A DNA stretch of 33,448 nucleotides from Candidatus Melainabacteria bacterium (lineage in GTDB: Bacteria > Cyanobacteriota > Vampirovibrionia > Vampirovibrionales > JAJTHC01): NCBI GenBank assembly GCA_026389055.1, contig JAPLIO010000214.1, positions 1-33,448 on the forward strand, read 5' to 3'. Within the stretch, counting starts at the first letter, position 1. Each line of letters begins with the position of its first letter. The notes below the pieces were generated by a model. That model ran no database searches and had not been told where the DNA came from. It worked only from the letters and a program-made list of their open reading frames with translations. Shown here one piece after another: positions 7,466 to 15,828 of this stretch. The position numbers and the translations under genes are program-made.

Positions 7466-9844
7466 TTAAAAGGGACGGGGTTGGTTAACAGGGTCTGTTA
7501 TCTGCAACGGAGAAAACCCATTATTAGTAGGCTCTTCCATGGCAGGAATGGTGCTGGCTGTGTTACCGTTGGATGATTTTGTAGCCGCCGTTACGGGACG
7601 GAAAATACGAGCTTTATCATAAGAAATTTCTGTTTCACCCGCTGAAGGATAGAAACTAAGCCCCCAATAAGTCAATTTATACAGGGCATCATACCCAAGC
7701 GTAAACTTCAAATGCTTTGGGCCGACTGTAGCATAAACCATGTTACCAACCACTGAACGTTCATTCACGTTTTCTTTTTGAATGTTAAACACTTGCCGGG
7801 CTCCTAACATCGCGTAAGGACCTAACCGTAACGCATTGTTGGTGGTAACCGTCTGTTTCCCTAAGAAAAAACTATCAAACACAAACGGAGAGTTCCCGCC
7901 AATACGCCCCACACTATAATCTGTTTGAGACATAAACACGTTTTTGTAGAATAAATTCAAGGTAGGGCCTGCCCGAAGCACGGTTAAATTATCGCCCGTT
8001 GTATAAAGGGCATTTGAAAACTGAGCCGCCGCCCCAATTTCAGCGAAGTTGCCAATTTTAATCAGCGGACGTTGGTTCCGCATAACAACTTGCGTCATCC
8101 ATCTGCCTGCCGTGTAAGGATTTGAAGGACGAGGGGGCTGAATAAACCGAGCTTGGCTGTTAAACGGGAAGAAGTCATCTTTAAATAGACCCACCCCATT
8201 ATACAAAATACCACCAAACAATTTATCTTTCCCAAACCAATGCGAATGCTGGGCTTGGAACGAATAGCTTGGGCGTTCTTGCACAAGGTAATTGGTGCCT
8301 GAAATAGTATTTTGGCTGGCTAATAAGCTAACACCTTGAATGGGCAGTTTGTATTTTGCCCGAAACACATTATAGTTGTTAGCCGAAGTTCTACCCGCCA
8401 ATAACGATAAATTTTGCGAATTATAGAGGGCTAACACCCCTGCACCTACAGCACCTTGCTTGGTTTCTAAGGTATCGCCATTCCGTTTAATACCATCGCC
8501 ATAGGTCAACATGGGCGAAAGCTTTAAAGCCCCCCTGCCCACTTTAAAATCAAACCCAGGGGAAAGATAGGCACCGCCTAAATCCCGATTATACCCAAAA
8601 TCTGGGCCTAAATAATCAATACGGCTAGTGGTTTGGTCTTGCCCTAAATCAATACCTGGTAGTGCGAACACTTTTTTGTTTTTATAGGTAACCCGTGGCG
8701 ATTTTAAATCAATGGTTTGATATTGGTCAGCGTGTTGAATAATTTCAACCTTCTTCACACTAAGTTTAAAGTTATCGTCTTCACGGTCAAGGGCATCTGC
8801 GGTGGGGTCTAGCAGTTTATCATACTTGGCATAGGCTTTAATTAACGTTTGCGTTTCAAGCACTTTGGCATCTAACTTGCTATCGTCATCCACAAATTCA
8901 AATACCCGTTTAGTGTTAAGCAAGTGGGGTACAAACCCGCTTCTAACCACAATCCCTCTGGCAGGGTCTCCGCCCACAAAGCTGATTGTTCGTTTATTAC
9001 CACCGCCTAAGCCATCTGTTAACGCAGACCGATTGATAAGTAGTTTACCTTGGTTAAATTCAATATAATCTTTGGAAACAAGCCCTGTTGTTCCCGTCAT
9101 GCGTACGACGCCTAATTTGGCGTTGGGTTGGGTTATCAAGGCACATTGCCGAGATAAATCAATACGAGCAAAGGTGCCATAAGTCGGTTGACCGTCTTTT
9201 ATCATTTCCACGTTTTGTTCAGCTATTAACAACTGCTTTTCGGGAATGTAAGTCATTTTCAAGGCCCGAAGTTCCGTGTTTTCTTCGCTTACAATGACAG
9301 AAACATTGCCTGTAGCCACATAGGCCTTTAGGGCATCCTCATAAACTAATTTATCGCTGGTAATATCCACCACTTTTTCAGGAGCAGGGGGTGCCACTGG
9401 GGCTAAGGGCTTGCGGGTTTCTGTTGCTTCAGGAGTTACTAACGCAGTGGGTTGTTGTGTTTCTGTCGGGGTAAGGGTTTCTTTGGCAAGAGAATCCGCT
9501 TGCTTTTTTGCCTCTTTTTTTGATTGTTTTTCCAGTTGTTTTTGGGCTTTTAGCTCACGCTTACTTGGTTTGGCTGGGGTTACTACTGTAGGTTCAACAG
9601 ATGAAGCAGGGGCTACCGCTTCAGCAGATGCAGGGGGTGAAATTTCTGTTAAGCCCGCAGGAACGGTACTAGGGGTTTCTTCGGGTGTGGCTATTTCTGC
9701 TGGTTGAATAACGGTAGTGGCAGGCGTTGGGTTTTTTCTATGCAGAATACCCGCCTGAACAGTCGTAGGATTCAGACCCCACAAAAGGGCTAATAGGGTG
9801 ATTGTATGAAGCAAAACAGTGGATTGCTGGCGTGTGTGATGCAA
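7466..9844 (-). CDS. lptD: LptD/OstA-like outer-membrane LPS-assembly protein with a long low-complexity N-terminal linker
   Basis: The signal peptide ends ...NPTTVQA. An OstA-N-like segment (ITSDKLVYEDALKAYVATGNVSVIVSEENTELRALKMTYIPEKQLLIAEQNVEMIKDG) is followed by about 550 aa with alternating beta-strand character and a C-terminal aromatic residue (...RPF). The TTG start is uncertain. Confidence 0.65.
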   Translation of the reverse strand: MHHTRQQSTVLLHTITLLALLWGLNPTTVQAGILHRKNPTPATTVIQPAEIATPEETPSTVPAGLTEISPPASAEAVAPASSVEPTVVTPAKPSKRELKAQKQLEKQSKKEAKKQADSLAKETLTPTETQQPTALVTPEATETRKPLAPVAPPAPEKVVDITSDKLVYEDALKAYVATGNVSVIVSEENTELRALKMTYIPEKQLLIAEQNVEMIKDGQPTYGTFARIDLSRQCALITQPNAKLGVVRMTGTTGLVSKDYIEFNQGKLLINRSALTDGLGGGNKRTISFVGGDPARGIVVRSGFVPHLLNTKRVFEFVDDDSKLDAKVLETQTLIKAYAKYDKLLDPTADALDREDDNFKLSVKKVEIIQHADQYQTIDLKSPRVTYKNKKVFALPGIDLGQDQTTSRIDYLGPDFGYNRDLGGAYLSPGFDFKVGRGALKLSPMLTYGDGIKRNGDTLETKQGAVGAGVLALYNSQNLSLLAGRTSANNYNVFRAKYKLPIQGVSLLASQNTISGTNYLVQERPSYSFQAQHSHWFGKDKLFGGILYNGVGLFKDDFFPFNSQARFIQPPRPSNPYTAGRWMTQVVMRNQRPLIKIGNFAEIGAAAQFSNALYTTGDNLTVLRAGPTLNLFYKNVFMSQTDYSVGRIGGNSPFVFDSFFLGKQTVTTNNALRLGPYAMLGARQVFNIQKENVNERSVVGNMVYATVGPKHLKFTLGYDALYKLTYWGLSFYPSAGETEISYDKARIFRPVTAATKSSNGNTASTIPAMEEPTNNGFSPLQITDPVNQPRPF

Positions 9845-10115
9845 GGGAGCGTCGTCTTCTTTCTCAACGGGTAGACATAAAGTATCACCCTATATTCTAG
9901 TACAAAATACGCAAAACACCAAACCCTTTTAACTGTTTTTAGAAACAATACGCAATTTAATGGATGTAGTTGTTTTTATTAAAATAAGCGTTCTATCCTT
10001 CCTGATGAAGTTAGATTCGTTAAAATTTAGTTACTACCCCACCCTTTAAAACCAACACACTTATTATAGACCCCCAAAAAAGAGTTTAAGAGAGACAGAA
10101 AAGAGATTTTTTACC

Positions 10116-11564
10116 ATGATGATGATAAGCCTAACGAATAAAACAGAGTTCCTGAGCCTATTAAGAAAAGACAAACGCCGTGTAGGAGAAAAACTGGCTG
10201 ATGTATTAGATTCTAAAAACGTAGAAGTAGTCTTTTCAAAGGAACCCGCTAGTAACCCTAATCACATTGTAGAACGTGAAGAGAAAGATGGTAAAACTGT
10301 CATTACATTTTACGAAAAAAATACAAATGTTACCTCTGGAAATAGAGAAGCCCTTGCAGCTTATTATCTTTCAGTAGAAGCGGCTAAAATGCTGATAGAA
10401 AAAAAATCAAAGCTTAGTAAAGAAGAGTTAAAAACTAATGCGGAGTGTAATGCTGCTGTTCGTTACGTAGCTTATGGTATTAGTAATAATGTTATGGGCA
10501 GTGGCACATTAAATAGTTTGCGAGATGCTATTGAAAAAGACGTTGCGGAGCTAAAGCCAGCCAGCGGCAATTCAGACGCAACCGAAGTGCTTGCTGCCCA
10601 AGGTATTTCAGGCTTAGAGTTTGTTGAAGGCAGGGCTAAAAAGATTAGTGCGAAAGATATTACCCCTAGCACCACAACCCAAGAAAAAGATAATCCGAAA
10701 AAGACTCGTCAAGCAGCAGAAGACACAACCGATTCTGTTTCGTCTGTAAGACCCCGTTCTACATTGGCTAGCAATGATAATTCTGTCGATGATGGTGAAA
10801 AAATTAAACTGAATAATGGAACAATTATGACAAGAGGAGCCTATAAGCGGAAACTTAAAGAAGATTTCCCTTCTTTAAGCAATGATGCAATAAACAAACT
10901 TGTAGCACAAATGCCTAAAGCAACTACCACTACCAGCATGGCTAGCACTGCTTCAAACTCAACGGATATGTTTACAATCAATGGTATTAAAATGTCCAAA
11001 GCACAGGCCGTTGCTTACTTGCAAAAAAACATGCCCACCGTAGCAGACGCGGATATTCAAAGAGTATTAGATGCTAGTAAGGTGCAAAATACCCCTACAA
11101 CTACCGTTGCAACCAATCCTAATGAGGTAGTTGAATTTATGGGGCAGAAGTTACCTCGTTCAACGGCATTAGTCTTGGCAAAACAGTACTACCCTACTAT
11201 ATCTGATAGCCAATTGAACACCTTGTTAACACCCGTTGGAACGACTAATACATTAGCCACTAATCCGTTGCTAAATATGTTCACTACTGGTATGGCAGGA
11301 GGTACCACCAACCCATTATTAAGCATGTTTACTGGTACAGCAGGGTATAATCCTACTGCTACTCTGCCACGGAGTATTACAAACCCTTCTTTATACCCCT
11401 ACGCTAACTACCTGAATCCTTCCCAATTCTCTACTGCATCAGCAACGGGTCTCAATGCGTTGAATATGATGGGTATGAATAACTTAGGAGTAGGAGTAAA
11501 CGGCTTAGGCATCAATACTTTAGGTCTCAACGGTATGCCCATTACTCCAACCGTTACTGGTTAA
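10116..11564 (+). CDS. Hypothetical repeat-containing protein
   Basis: 482 aa starting ATGATGATG, visibly AT-richer than its neighbours. It has three tandem ~40-aa repeats (NGTIMTRGAYKRKLKEDFPSLSNDAINKLV / NGIKMSKAQAVAYLQKNMPTVADADIQRVL / MGQKLPRSTALVLAKQYYPTISDSQLNTLL) joined by Thr-rich linkers. The tail is Gly/Asn/Met/Leu-rich with TNPLL(N/S)MFTG repeats. Confidence 0.6.
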   Translation: MMMISLTNKTEFLSLLRKDKRRVGEKLADVLDSKNVEVVFSKEPASNPNHIVEREEKDGKTVITFYEKNTNVTSGNREALAAYYLSVEAAKMLIEKKSKLSKEELKTNAECNAAVRYVAYGISNNVMGSGTLNSLRDAIEKDVAELKPASGNSDATEVLAAQGISGLEFVEGRAKKISAKDITPSTTTQEKDNPKKTRQAAEDTTDSVSSVRPRSTLASNDNSVDDGEKIKLNNGTIMTRGAYKRKLKEDFPSLSNDAINKLVAQMPKATTTTSMASTASNSTDMFTINGIKMSKAQAVAYLQKNMPTVADADIQRVLDASKVQNTPTTTVATNPNEVVEFMGQKLPRSTALVLAKQYYPTISDSQLNTLLTPVGTTNTLATNPLLNMFTTGMAGGTTNPLLSMFTGTAGYNPTATLPRSITNPSLYPYANYLNPSQFSTASATGLNALNMMGMNNLGVGVNGLGINTLGLNGMPITPTVTG

Positions 11565-11672
11565 ATTTATCGGTCTATAAAGTTAATCTCTAACTCAAGC
11601 TGGAAGCTAGTATCTCTTTAATTAAAAGAGAAAACGCTTCCGTTTTTTTATGCATACAACGGTTTCAATGGT

Positions 11673-12764
11673 ATGATGAAGTCATCAGTTATCCTTCTTT
11701 CTTTCGTCTTCAAAAGGTTGTTGAATTATTTTATGATGCCTAATAATGCCCCTATTATTACCCCAAACCCAGTGCACGGAAAGCCCTTTTCTCGCACGTC
11801 GGAATCTTCCGCTTATCAGCTACAAGTGCCCATCTTTTCCGAAATTGCCAACGAACACGGCAGAGTAGAAGCTGGCTATATTCTAAAATTAATTGATGTG
11901 GCTGGGTGTATTCCAGCCAAAAGGCACCTTGGCCCTGAGTTTGACCCCGTAACCGCCTCGTTAGACCGCATGGATTTTTATGCCCCCGTTAACCCATGGG
12001 AAATTTGCTTGTTAGATGCGAAAATGACCCGTGTTTGGAAAACCAGTATGGAAACCAGAGTGGTTGTTACAGCGTGGGATTTTCGTACCAGTGAAATTCG
12101 GTTAATTGCCACGGCGTACATGGTAACCGTTGGCGTGAAAAACCAAGGGACTGAAAAAATCAGTGTCGATGAAATGCCCTTATTACAAGCCATTACCCCC
12201 GAAGATAAAATGCTGCAGCATTCGGCAGATGTGCGAAAGCAGTACAGAGCCTTTGAATCTACCCGCACCCGCTTTATTGGCTTGGCAGAAGAAGAAGATG
12301 CTCCTGCGATTACGGAAGCCATTATGACGTTTAAAGAAGGTAACGGGTTAGCGAAATTGGTTTTTGGTGGCGTTATTTTATCGCAAATTTATAATACAGC
12401 TAGGCAAGCGGCTATTACCCATGTGGGCGATAACCATGTTGTGTGTGCAAGGCAAGACAGGATGGATTTTCTGCAACCCGCCCATATTGGGGAAACCTTA
12501 CGGGCGAAAGCTCAAATTACCAAAACGTGGAACGCTTCGATGGAAGTTCAGGTGGAATGTGAAGCCATTAGCCTTGAGGGTGAAACCAGAGTAGTAGCCA
12601 CTACCTATTTCGTGTTTGTTCGGTTAAATGCTGAAACAGGTACGCCCACAACCGTTAAGCCATGGGAACCTAAAACCCCTCGGCAAATTGAACGGGAAAA
12701 AATGGCGATTGCTCGGCGTAGGCTACGAGAAGACGAAGCCGCCCACTTTAGCATGAGCTTGTAA
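11673..12764 (+). CDS. Acyl-CoA thioesterase with two tandem hotdog (4HBT/BFIT-like) domains
   Basis: Two copies of the hotdog pattern are present: ANEHGRVEAGYILKLIDVAG...MDF..PV...SMETRV, then LVFGGVILSQIYNTARQAA...MDFLQPAHIGE...SMEVQVE. The start may instead be the ATGATG at 11733. Confidence 0.8.
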   Translation: MMKSSVILLSFVFKRLLNYFMMPNNAPIITPNPVHGKPFSRTSESSAYQLQVPIFSEIANEHGRVEAGYILKLIDVAGCIPAKRHLGPEFDPVTASLDRMDFYAPVNPWEICLLDAKMTRVWKTSMETRVVVTAWDFRTSEIRLIATAYMVTVGVKNQGTEKISVDEMPLLQAITPEDKMLQHSADVRKQYRAFESTRTRFIGLAEEEDAPAITEAIMTFKEGNGLAKLVFGGVILSQIYNTARQAAITHVGDNHVVCARQDRMDFLQPAHIGETLRAKAQITKTWNASMEVQVECEAISLEGETRVVATTYFVFVRLNAETGTPTTVKPWEPKTPRQIEREKMAIARRRLREDEAAHFSMSL

Positions 12765-12792
12765 CGTTTTTGCCTAAAAGTCATCCTAAAAG

Positions 12793-12821
12793 TTGACAAA
12801 TGGTGTGTATTGGAGGATAAT
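12793..12821 (+). promoter_or_regulatory. Putative sigma70 promoter of the toxin-antitoxin operon
   Basis: Consensus TTGACA at 12793-12798, a 17-nt spacer, then GATAAT at 12816-12821. The predicted transcription start falls on or next to the GTG at 12829. Confidence 0.5.
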
Positions 12822-12828
12822 TAAAATA

Positions 12829-13104
12829 GTGGAAATTCGACTAACTAAATTTGCCCAAAAACAATTTGAAAAAGCCCCTAGCTCCATCCAAGATAAATTA
12901 GAAGATTGGATGATACTGATTGAAGCCGAAGGGCTAGACTTTGCAAGAACCTTGAAAGGGTATCATGATGAACCACTTCAAGGAAAACGCAAGGGACAAC
13001 GGTCTATTCGACTCAATCGTCAATGGCGGGCAATATACGAAGAGTTAACAGGCACAATTATTGAAATACAGGAGATTACTCCCCATGATTACAGAGTTCG
13101 ATGA
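12829..13104 (+). CDS. RelE/ParE-superfamily toxin (HigB-like, toxin-first arrangement)
   Basis: 91 aa from the GTG. The motif LQGKRKGQRSIRLNRQWRAIY...I.EI..HDY matches the RelE/HigB core. It overlaps the downstream HTH gene by 20 nt. The ORF track start at TTG 12793 coincides with the -35 box. Confidence 0.75.
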   Translation: MEIRLTKFAQKQFEKAPSSIQDKLEDWMILIEAEGLDFARTLKGYHDEPLQGKRKGQRSIRLNRQWRAIYEELTGTIIEIQEITPHDYRVR

Positions 13105-13435
13105 TGGTAGCATGCTGGCAAGAGATTTCCTAAAATCCTTAGGAAGACCCGAACCCACAACGGGTAGAGTTATGCGGTCTTGGCGGAAATGCGAAGACTT
13201 GACTCTGGAAACAGTAGCCAAACAATTAGGCATCAGCAAACAACTACTTTCCGCCTATGAACGAGACGAAAAACGCCCTAGCATTCAACGTCTAATGGAA
13301 ATTTGCCAACTGATTGGGATGGACCCCGCCATGATTTTACATTTCCGCATTAAAGATGAAATTCGAGGCTTCGGCTACGAGCTGAAAAAAATTGTGTTAG
13401 AACCCATTCAACCCAAAACAGATAAAGCGTCTTAA
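13085..13435 (+). CDS. XRE-family HTH antitoxin (HigA-like)
   Basis: The HTH reads LTLETVAKQLGISKQLLSAYERDEKRPSIQRLMEICQLIG. The gene is translationally coupled to and overlaps the upstream toxin gene. Confidence 0.75.
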   Translation: MITEFDDGSMLARDFLKSLGRPEPTTGRVMRSWRKCEDLTLETVAKQLGISKQLLSAYERDEKRPSIQRLMEICQLIGMDPAMILHFRIKDEIRGFGYELKKIVLEPIQPKTDKAS

Positions 13436-13454
13436 TATTAGAATAGGAACCCCC

Positions 13455-14213
13455 ATGTCAACGAACCAACCCGTCGTACTGATTACAGGTGCTAGCAGAG
13501 GTATTGGCGAAGCAATAGCCCACGCCTTAGCCAAAACAGGGGAGTATACCCTAGCCCTCAGTGCCAGAAGTACCGATATTTTAAGCACCCTGAAACAAAC
13601 CCTCCAAGTGGAATATCCTACCGTGCAAGTCGATGTTTTTCCGTGCGATGTAGCGTTGCCTGAAAGCCCTCAAGCTTTGATTGAAGCCGTCTTCAAGCGG
13701 TTGGGTCGGGTGGATGTGTTAATCAACAACGCAGGCGTGGGCGGAAAAGTGGGATTGATGACCGAAATGCCCGACGCTCACCTTCATGCGATGGTGGATT
13801 TAAATCTAAAAGCACCCATGTTGCTAAGCAAATACGCCTTGCAAGCCATGTTAAATCAGTCCAAGTTAGCGGGGCGGGGGATGGGGACGATTATCAATAT
13901 TAATTCCATTGCAGGCAAGACGGCGTTTCCGTTTTGGGCGGTGTATGATGCCACTAAGGCAGGGTTAAAAGCTTTTGCTGATGCGTTGTGTGAAGAACAG
14001 CGTAGTAATGGGGTTCGGGTTATTGGCATTTACCCAGGGGCGTGCGATACGGCTATTTGGGAGACGTTGGATTTAGCTGAAGATGATACACCTGATAAAA
14101 CGGGCTTTTTACGCCCTGCCCAAGTGGCGGAAGCCGTGGTGTTTGCCCTTAATCAACCTGCTGGCACGTTGGTGAGTGATATTACCCTGATGCCCACAGC
14201 CCCTGCGGTTTAA
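13455..14213 (+). CDS. Short-chain dehydrogenase/reductase (SDR) family oxidoreductase
   Basis: Cofactor motif TGASRGIG, an NNAG motif and the catalytic S...YDATK (YxxxK) are all present. 252 aa. Confidence 0.9.
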   Translation: MSTNQPVVLITGASRGIGEAIAHALAKTGEYTLALSARSTDILSTLKQTLQVEYPTVQVDVFPCDVALPESPQALIEAVFKRLGRVDVLINNAGVGGKVGLMTEMPDAHLHAMVDLNLKAPMLLSKYALQAMLNQSKLAGRGMGTIININSIAGKTAFPFWAVYDATKAGLKAFADALCEEQRSNGVRVIGIYPGACDTAIWETLDLAEDDTPDKTGFLRPAQVAEAVVFALNQPAGTLVSDITLMPTAPAV

Positions 14214-14293
14214 TACCCACTCTATCAATACAACTTCTAAGACTGATTCTCTGTAAAAATATCAGTTGGGTGCAGGAGTTTTCATAAAAGGGG

Positions 14294-14322
14294 TTTACAA
14301 GCGTGTTTGTTTTCTCTACTAT
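14294..14322 (+). promoter_or_regulatory. Putative sigma70 promoter for tRNA-Asn
   Basis: TTTACA at 14294-14299, a 17-nt spacer, then TACTAT at 14317-14322, about 55 nt upstream of the tRNA. Confidence 0.5.
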
Positions 14323-14379
14323 AGAAGTTGTGGAGCTAAGCAGTGCTTTGTTTCTCATCCTTCAATTTTATTGCCTTAA

Positions 14380-14451
14380 TCCCCAGTAGCTCAACGGCAG
14401 AGCGTTCGGCTGTTAACCGGAATGTTGTAAGTTCGAATCTTACCTGGGGAG
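14380..14451 (+). tRNA. tRNA-Asn (anticodon GTT)
   Basis: Cloverleaf: acceptor TCCCCAG/CTGGGGA, D-arm GCTC-AACGGCA-GAGC, anticodon arm TTCGG-CTGTTAA-CCGGA, T-arm GTAAG-TTCGAAT-CTTAC, discriminator G. A T-run follows. Confidence 0.9.
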
Positions 14452-14483
14452 TTTTTTATTGCTAATTTAGGGATTTAACGTTC

Positions 14484-15098
14484 GTGGCTTTACCTTTATC
14501 TGATAAAAAAATAGCGGTTTTCTTTGATAGAGATGGTACGCTCAACGTGGAAAAAGGCTACATTCGAGATTTGAATGACCTTGAACTGTACCCGAACATC
14601 GCTCAAGCCGTAAAAAAGCTCAATGATGCAGGTATTTTGTGCATTTTGGTAACCAACCAAACAGGGGCAGGCAGAGGCTTTTATGGATTAGACCATATTG
14701 AAGCCCTCAACCAAAAAGTGCAGGCTTTATTGCATGAACAAGCGGGTGCTTGGTTGGATGCCTTGTATTATTCGCCCTATTATGCACGGGCAGTAGTGCC
14801 TGAATTTGCCAAGGATTCTGAGTGTCGGAAGCCGAAAACGGGGATGATAATGCAGGCATTGGAACGCTTCCCCACTATTGATTTAGCCCAGAGCTTTGTG
14901 TTTGGCGATCAACACACTGATGTGGAATTGGCGGTGAATGCGGGTTGCCGAGGCGTTTTTTTGAAGACGGGGTATGGAGCCAATGTGTTGGCGGGGAAAT
15001 ACCAAAGCCTAACCGTAGAACCTTGGGCTATTTGTGATTCCACGGTGGAGGGTGTGGAGCTGGTGCTAGAAACGCTTCGCACTGAAGGGTTGTTGTAA
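14484..15098 (+). CDS. gmhB: HAD-IIIA phosphatase, D-glycero-D-manno-heptose-1,7-bisphosphate 7-phosphatase-like
   Basis: HAD motifs FFDRDGTLN (motif I), VTNQTG (motif II), CRKPKTGM (motif III) and FGDQHTD (motif IV). GTG start with AGGGA about 10 nt upstream. Confidence 0.75.
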   Translation: MALPLSDKKIAVFFDRDGTLNVEKGYIRDLNDLELYPNIAQAVKKLNDAGILCILVTNQTGAGRGFYGLDHIEALNQKVQALLHEQAGAWLDALYYSPYYARAVVPEFAKDSECRKPKTGMIMQALERFPTIDLAQSFVFGDQHTDVELAVNAGCRGVFLKTGYGANVLAGKYQSLTVEPWAICDSTVEGVELVLETLRTEGLL

Positions 15099-15196
15099 GT
15101 AAATAACTTCAAAATTAGCCTCCTTTAAACCGTTTTGTTATAATAAAGGGGTTGTGTTTAAATAAGTGATTTTTTGCAAAAAGAAGGTTTGATATT

Positions 15197-15433
15197 ATGA
15201 TGTCCTATAATCCTGATGAGTATGTAGATGCTAATGAGTGTCGTTCTATTGAATTTTCTTTGGATGAATTAAAAGCTATCGAATCTTTGATTCCTAAGTT
15301 AAAAAAAGCTACAGACAATAAGAAGGTATTACTCATTGGTTTGTCTGTTTTAATGAAAGCACAAAACCATTTAATAATTACTAAAGATAAAGCTACAGGT
15401 GCGTTAAACGAACAGTTTGATTTATGGAATTAA
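15197..15433 (+). CDS. Hypothetical small protein in an AT-rich islet
   Basis: 78 aa starting ATGATG. It is markedly AT-richer than gmhB and pheS. No motif is recognised. Confidence 0.45.
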   Translation: MMSYNPDEYVDANECRSIEFSLDELKAIESLIPKLKKATDNKKVLLIGLSVLMKAQNHLIITKDKATGALNEQFDLWN

Positions 15434-15437
15434 TTGA

Positions 15438-15728
15438 ATGAATGCCACAGAAGTGCCTGAATTTATAGCTTCTCTTACAAATGATGAGACCACTAAAGTT
15501 GCAGTCGTTCAGAAATGGGTTTTAGAAAAATTTGTTTGGGCTTATTTTGGTATATTAGCAATAATACTACTGTTACCTTTAATTATCCATCATATGCCTA
15601 TTTCAAAAGAAAACTTAGTTGTAATGAAAGAATTATACACCTACTTTTCCCCAGTTTTAAATGGCTTCATGAATCTTATTGGGATTGTGATAGGCTTCTA
15701 TTTTGGTTCAAAAAACAAAGCAGAGTAA
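15438..15728 (+). CDS. Hypothetical small two-TM membrane protein in an AT-rich islet
   Basis: 96 aa beginning 4 nt after the previous stop codon. It has two hydrophobic helices (FVWAYFGILAIILLLPLII; FMNLIGIVIGFYFG). Confidence 0.5.
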   Translation: MNATEVPEFIASLTNDETTKVAVVQKWVLEKFVWAYFGILAIILLLPLIIHHMPISKENLVVMKELYTYFSPVLNGFMNLIGIVIGFYFGSKNKAE

Positions 15729-15828
15729 ATACTTTAGAAAACGCTGTTTAGTCATAAAATGCCCTTTTTATGGTAGATTATTAGTATATACTCTCTTTCA
15801 CACTTATTTAGAAAGCCCTGCCGTTGCC

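Noticed and set aside
15703-15828. The upstream 42-codon extension of pheS given by the ORF track (start at 15703).
   Set aside because: It overlaps the end of the preceding small membrane-protein gene and encodes Cys/Lys/Phe-rich sequence with no PheS counterpart. ATG 15829 gives a normal PheS N-terminus.
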